Positions 60,754 to 64,000 of a stretch of DNA of 64,000 nt are shown one piece after another (position 1 is the first letter of the stretch; each line of letters begins with the position of its first letter). Source of the stretch: Mobula hypostoma. Taxonomy: Eukaryota. Made by a program: the position numbers and the translations under genes. The stretch is taken from positions 71,860,001-71,924,000 of the forward strand of contig NC_086108.1 in assembly GCF_963921235.1 (NCBI RefSeq). Direction: 5' to 3'. The notes below the pieces were generated by a model. That model was not told the origin of the DNA and searched no databases. It worked only from the letters and a program-made list of their open reading frames with translations.

Positions 60754-61291
60754 GAAACCTTCTTCATGTCCTTACAAGGTCTTGGCACCCTACTTTTAGA
60801 GTAGTGTCTGGAAATGTAAACAGTATTCCAGCAGAGACTTAATTAATCCATTTTAAAGAACTTCCTGGGTTCTGCATCAGTGACAAGTATCCCATACAAT
60901 TCACTACCCACCTTATGTGAATAAGAACACCCAGATCTCTTTCCTCTTGCATCATCTTTAACATGAAACAGTCAAAATACTTAAATTATATTTTGAATGC
61001 TAATGAGCAGTGAAATACACAATATCATTAAAATCTTTTTGTTATAATGCATTTATGTAAATTTTTAGCTAAGACCACAAAATGACAGGCCTCTATTTAC
61101 TTAGAAATTCAGTTGATATGGGCAGAACTCTGTTACTTCAGATTGTAAATCAAACACCTACAGTAATCAAGCTGTAGTCTCTCCAGAAATTGATGAAATA
61201 TTAGTGTAACTTGTTCTGATGTACAATCTCATGTTCTTATATTTTCAATTGACCTTATTTACTGGTTGCTATAACACACAATCACATTCTT

Positions 61292-62065
61292 AAAGCCATA
61301 AGACACAGGAGCAGAATTAGGTCACTTGGCCTTTTTTTCTCCTCTTCAGCCCCACTCACTGGCCTTCTCCCCATAACCCATGTTGCCATGTCCAATTAAG
61401 AACCTATCAAGCTCTTCCTTAAATACACCCAATGACCTGGCCTCCAAAGCTGCCTGTGGTAATAAATTCCACAAATTTACCACCCCCGGCTAAAGAAATT
61501 TCTCCATACCTCTTTTTTTAAATGGATGCCTCTCTATCCGGAGTCTGTGCCCTCTTGTCCTAGACTCTCCTACTATGGGAAACATTCTTTCCACATCTAC
61601 TCTGTCTAGGCCTTTCAACATTTGGAAGATTTCAATGAGATCCTCCCTCGAACATCCTTCTAAATTCTAGCAAGTACGGACCCAGAGCCATCAAATGTTC
61701 TTCACATGATAACCCTTTCGTTCCTTGGAATCATCCTTGTGAACCTCCTCTGGACCCTCTCCATTGCCAGTACATCTTTTCTTAGATGAGGAGCCCAAAA
61801 TTGTTCACAATATTCAAGGTGAGACCTCACTAGTGTCTTATAAAGCCCCAGCATCACATCCCTGCTCTTTTATACGAGACCTCTTAAAATGCGTGCTAAC
61901 ATTGCATTTGCCTACCTCACCCTTGACTCTATCTGAAAGTTAACCTTTAGGGTGTTCTCCCAAGTCCTTCTGCATCTCAGATATTTGGACTTTCTCCCCA
62001 TTTCAACAATAGTCTGCATATTTATTTCTACTACCAAAGTGCATGACCATGCATTTCCAACATTC
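61292..62065 (-). mobile_element. CR1 3' fragment
   Basis: Tail ccataagacacaggagcagaattagg; colinear with 32326-32912; minus strand LVRSHLEYCEQFWAPHLRKD. Confidence 0.9.
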
Positions 62066-62257
62066 CAACAATAGGGCAATCCTGCAGTACGATTATTTTT
62101 CATTCTTTGTGCCAATAGTAAGTCTTTTTACATGGCATAAACATTTATTGTTAACTGTTTCTGTAAATACTATTTAACAATTGTTTTATTAAAACCCAGC
62201 TGCAGTGGAGATGGTTCAGCCAAATTTCTTGAAGGATGAATCAGCTCTGTTTAATAC

Positions 62258-62473
62258 AAAACACACAAAATGCTGATGGAATGTAAGCTGTTGCCCTTCC
62301 ACCCTGATAGTGGCTCCATTGTGGTCTTCCCTCTTCCTTTCTCGTCTTGAAGAAGGTTCTTGGCCTGAAACGTTGAATGTTCATTCATTTGCATGGATGC
62401 TGCCTCCTGAACTCCTCCAGCATTTTGTGCGTGTTGCTTTGGATTTTCAGCATCTGCAGAATTTCTTGTGTTT
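62258..62473 (+). mobile_element. Penelope-terminus-derived short element with a degenerate hammerhead
   Basis: Short left arm acacacaaaatgctg; TTGAAGA-AGG-ttcttgg-CCT-GAAA-CG-TT at 62347-62374; right arm ending cagcatctgcagaatttcttgtgttt. Confidence 0.7.
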
Positions 62474-62501
62474 ATGATTTGCAGCTCATTATAATTCTCA
62501 C

Positions 62502-63874
62502 CTAGGGTTGGGTATTCAGTGATATAATGGAAGGATTATGCTCATTCCGGCTTGCACCTTCTGCTTGCCCCGTGTGGGATTTCCATGGTGACATTAACAA
62601 CCTGTAACCACAATGGGTTACACTAAGTCCTTGGCCTGACTGACCGGCTGCCCTGCAAAGCAGAGCAGTTTGCACACAGCAACTAGACCTCAGAAGGAAG
62701 ATCTTGTGATCTCACTACAGGATTTCCCTGTTGGCCTTCACATGTCCCTGACGTCCACACTACAACATATGAGCGTGGAAGTCAGCATGGTGCTGAGCTT
62801 TGTGAAGAGCAGCCCTTCAAGCAAGCAAAATGTAAGTTTATTTCAGCCTATGGAATAATACTACTACAGTCATCCTGTTCAGTATCTTTCACAAATACTA
62901 TCAGCAGCTGTTTAAGAACAGACCACTAGAGATTACTTATTTTTATACTAATTCTTATCTCCTGACTTCAATTAAGAAGGTTCAACGACATTATTTATTT
63001 TCTGTTCCATGAATTTTGATTTCCTCTAACAACAATCACATGAGGAACACTAATAAATGCCTGGTTCATTTAAATTAATTTAATGTTTAACTACAGTATG
63101 AGAATAATTGAAATACACAAAGCTGCATTCATACTTCCCAAAATGTGAACGTCAAAACAGCCTGTTTCATGCTCTAAAAATTAACTAACTATATTCCAAT
63201 GGCATTCAGAATGTTCATTAATATTGAGAAAAATGTTTTTGAAATAACTGTGGTGATCATGATTGAAATGCCAGAATGATAATGATAAAGAAAAACAAAA
63301 GCTTTCCGGAATGGTTGTGGTTAATGGAGGAGCTGGATGATTGCTGCTTTTGGTATCCATTTTTTAATCAGTTTGATTTTGCTGCATTTTATTTTGACAG
63401 AATCATTTAATGTAAGTTGTTGATGCAGTTCTGAAGCTTTGAAAAGTTTTCAGTGTTGTTGCATGCAAATGTTACCCTTTGAGGTCATCAGCTTCATGGC
63501 TTGACATGCCATTCAATCCAATTTTGTGCTCTGCATATTCTGTTCTTCTGCATTTGCAAGGCTTTGCCAGTATATAATGAACAATGAATAGCTTCACAAT
63601 GTAACAAGAGTGTTCACTTCTAAAAGCATCAACCGAATTTTTCATAGTATAGAGTCCGGGAAGTGCAAACATGTCACCTCAAAACTTCATAAAGAATCCT
63701 GATGCAGGGTTTTGTCCCAAAATGTTGATAATTACTATCATCGATGCTGCGTTCCTCCAGAAGGCTGTCTGTTGCTCCATAGTCTCCTGTGACTTCACTT
63801 CTTAAATCTAGTCTATCCCCATAGAATTGTTCCCCATGTGGCATCATGCCCAATCTGGATAAGGTACCTTTCAC
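62502..63874 (-). other. Candidate host exons (63678-~63874, 63476-63547, 62502-62652), product unknown
   Basis: Non-repetitive; GT/AG boundaries give mutually compatible phases; no recognisable protein similarity. Confidence 0.25.
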
Positions 63875-64000
63875 CCTCTCCTCAAAAGGAATTCATACCT
63901 ACATTCCAAACCCTGAGTACATGTTCAAGCCAACCAAACAAAACAAAAACAAATCACAATGATACAAGTAACAGCATTGAAGAAACTTTCTTGTAATTTC

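Overview
Eukaryotic, vertebrate-type genomic DNA made mostly of nested, decayed retroelements. The repeat mix (many CR1 subfamilies, HE1-like V-SINEs, Penelope relics) suggests a cartilaginous fish; this is an inference. Recognisable elements are one nearly intact full-length CR1 LINE (esterase ORF1 plus APE-RT ORF2 with one frameshift), a second decayed full-length CR1 and many CR1 fragments. Also present are an R4/Rex6-type RLE element, an RTE, Rex1/Babar and L1 fragments, three Ty3/Gypsy LTR elements (one chromovirus-like, one with a tRNA-Trp PBS and ATTG TSD), solo-LTR-like elements, hAT ends, V-SINEs and minisatellites. The most interesting signal is a family of short, often palindromic, TSD-flanked Penelope-derived elements that carry a minimal type I hammerhead ribozyme motif; one copy is inserted in frame in the RTE ORF. 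Other notable items are a possible twin-priming inversion in a CR1, a four-deep TE nest and weak candidate host exons on the minus strand. No host gene, tRNA, rRNA or CRISPR array could be identified with confidence. Boundaries of old fragments are approximate.
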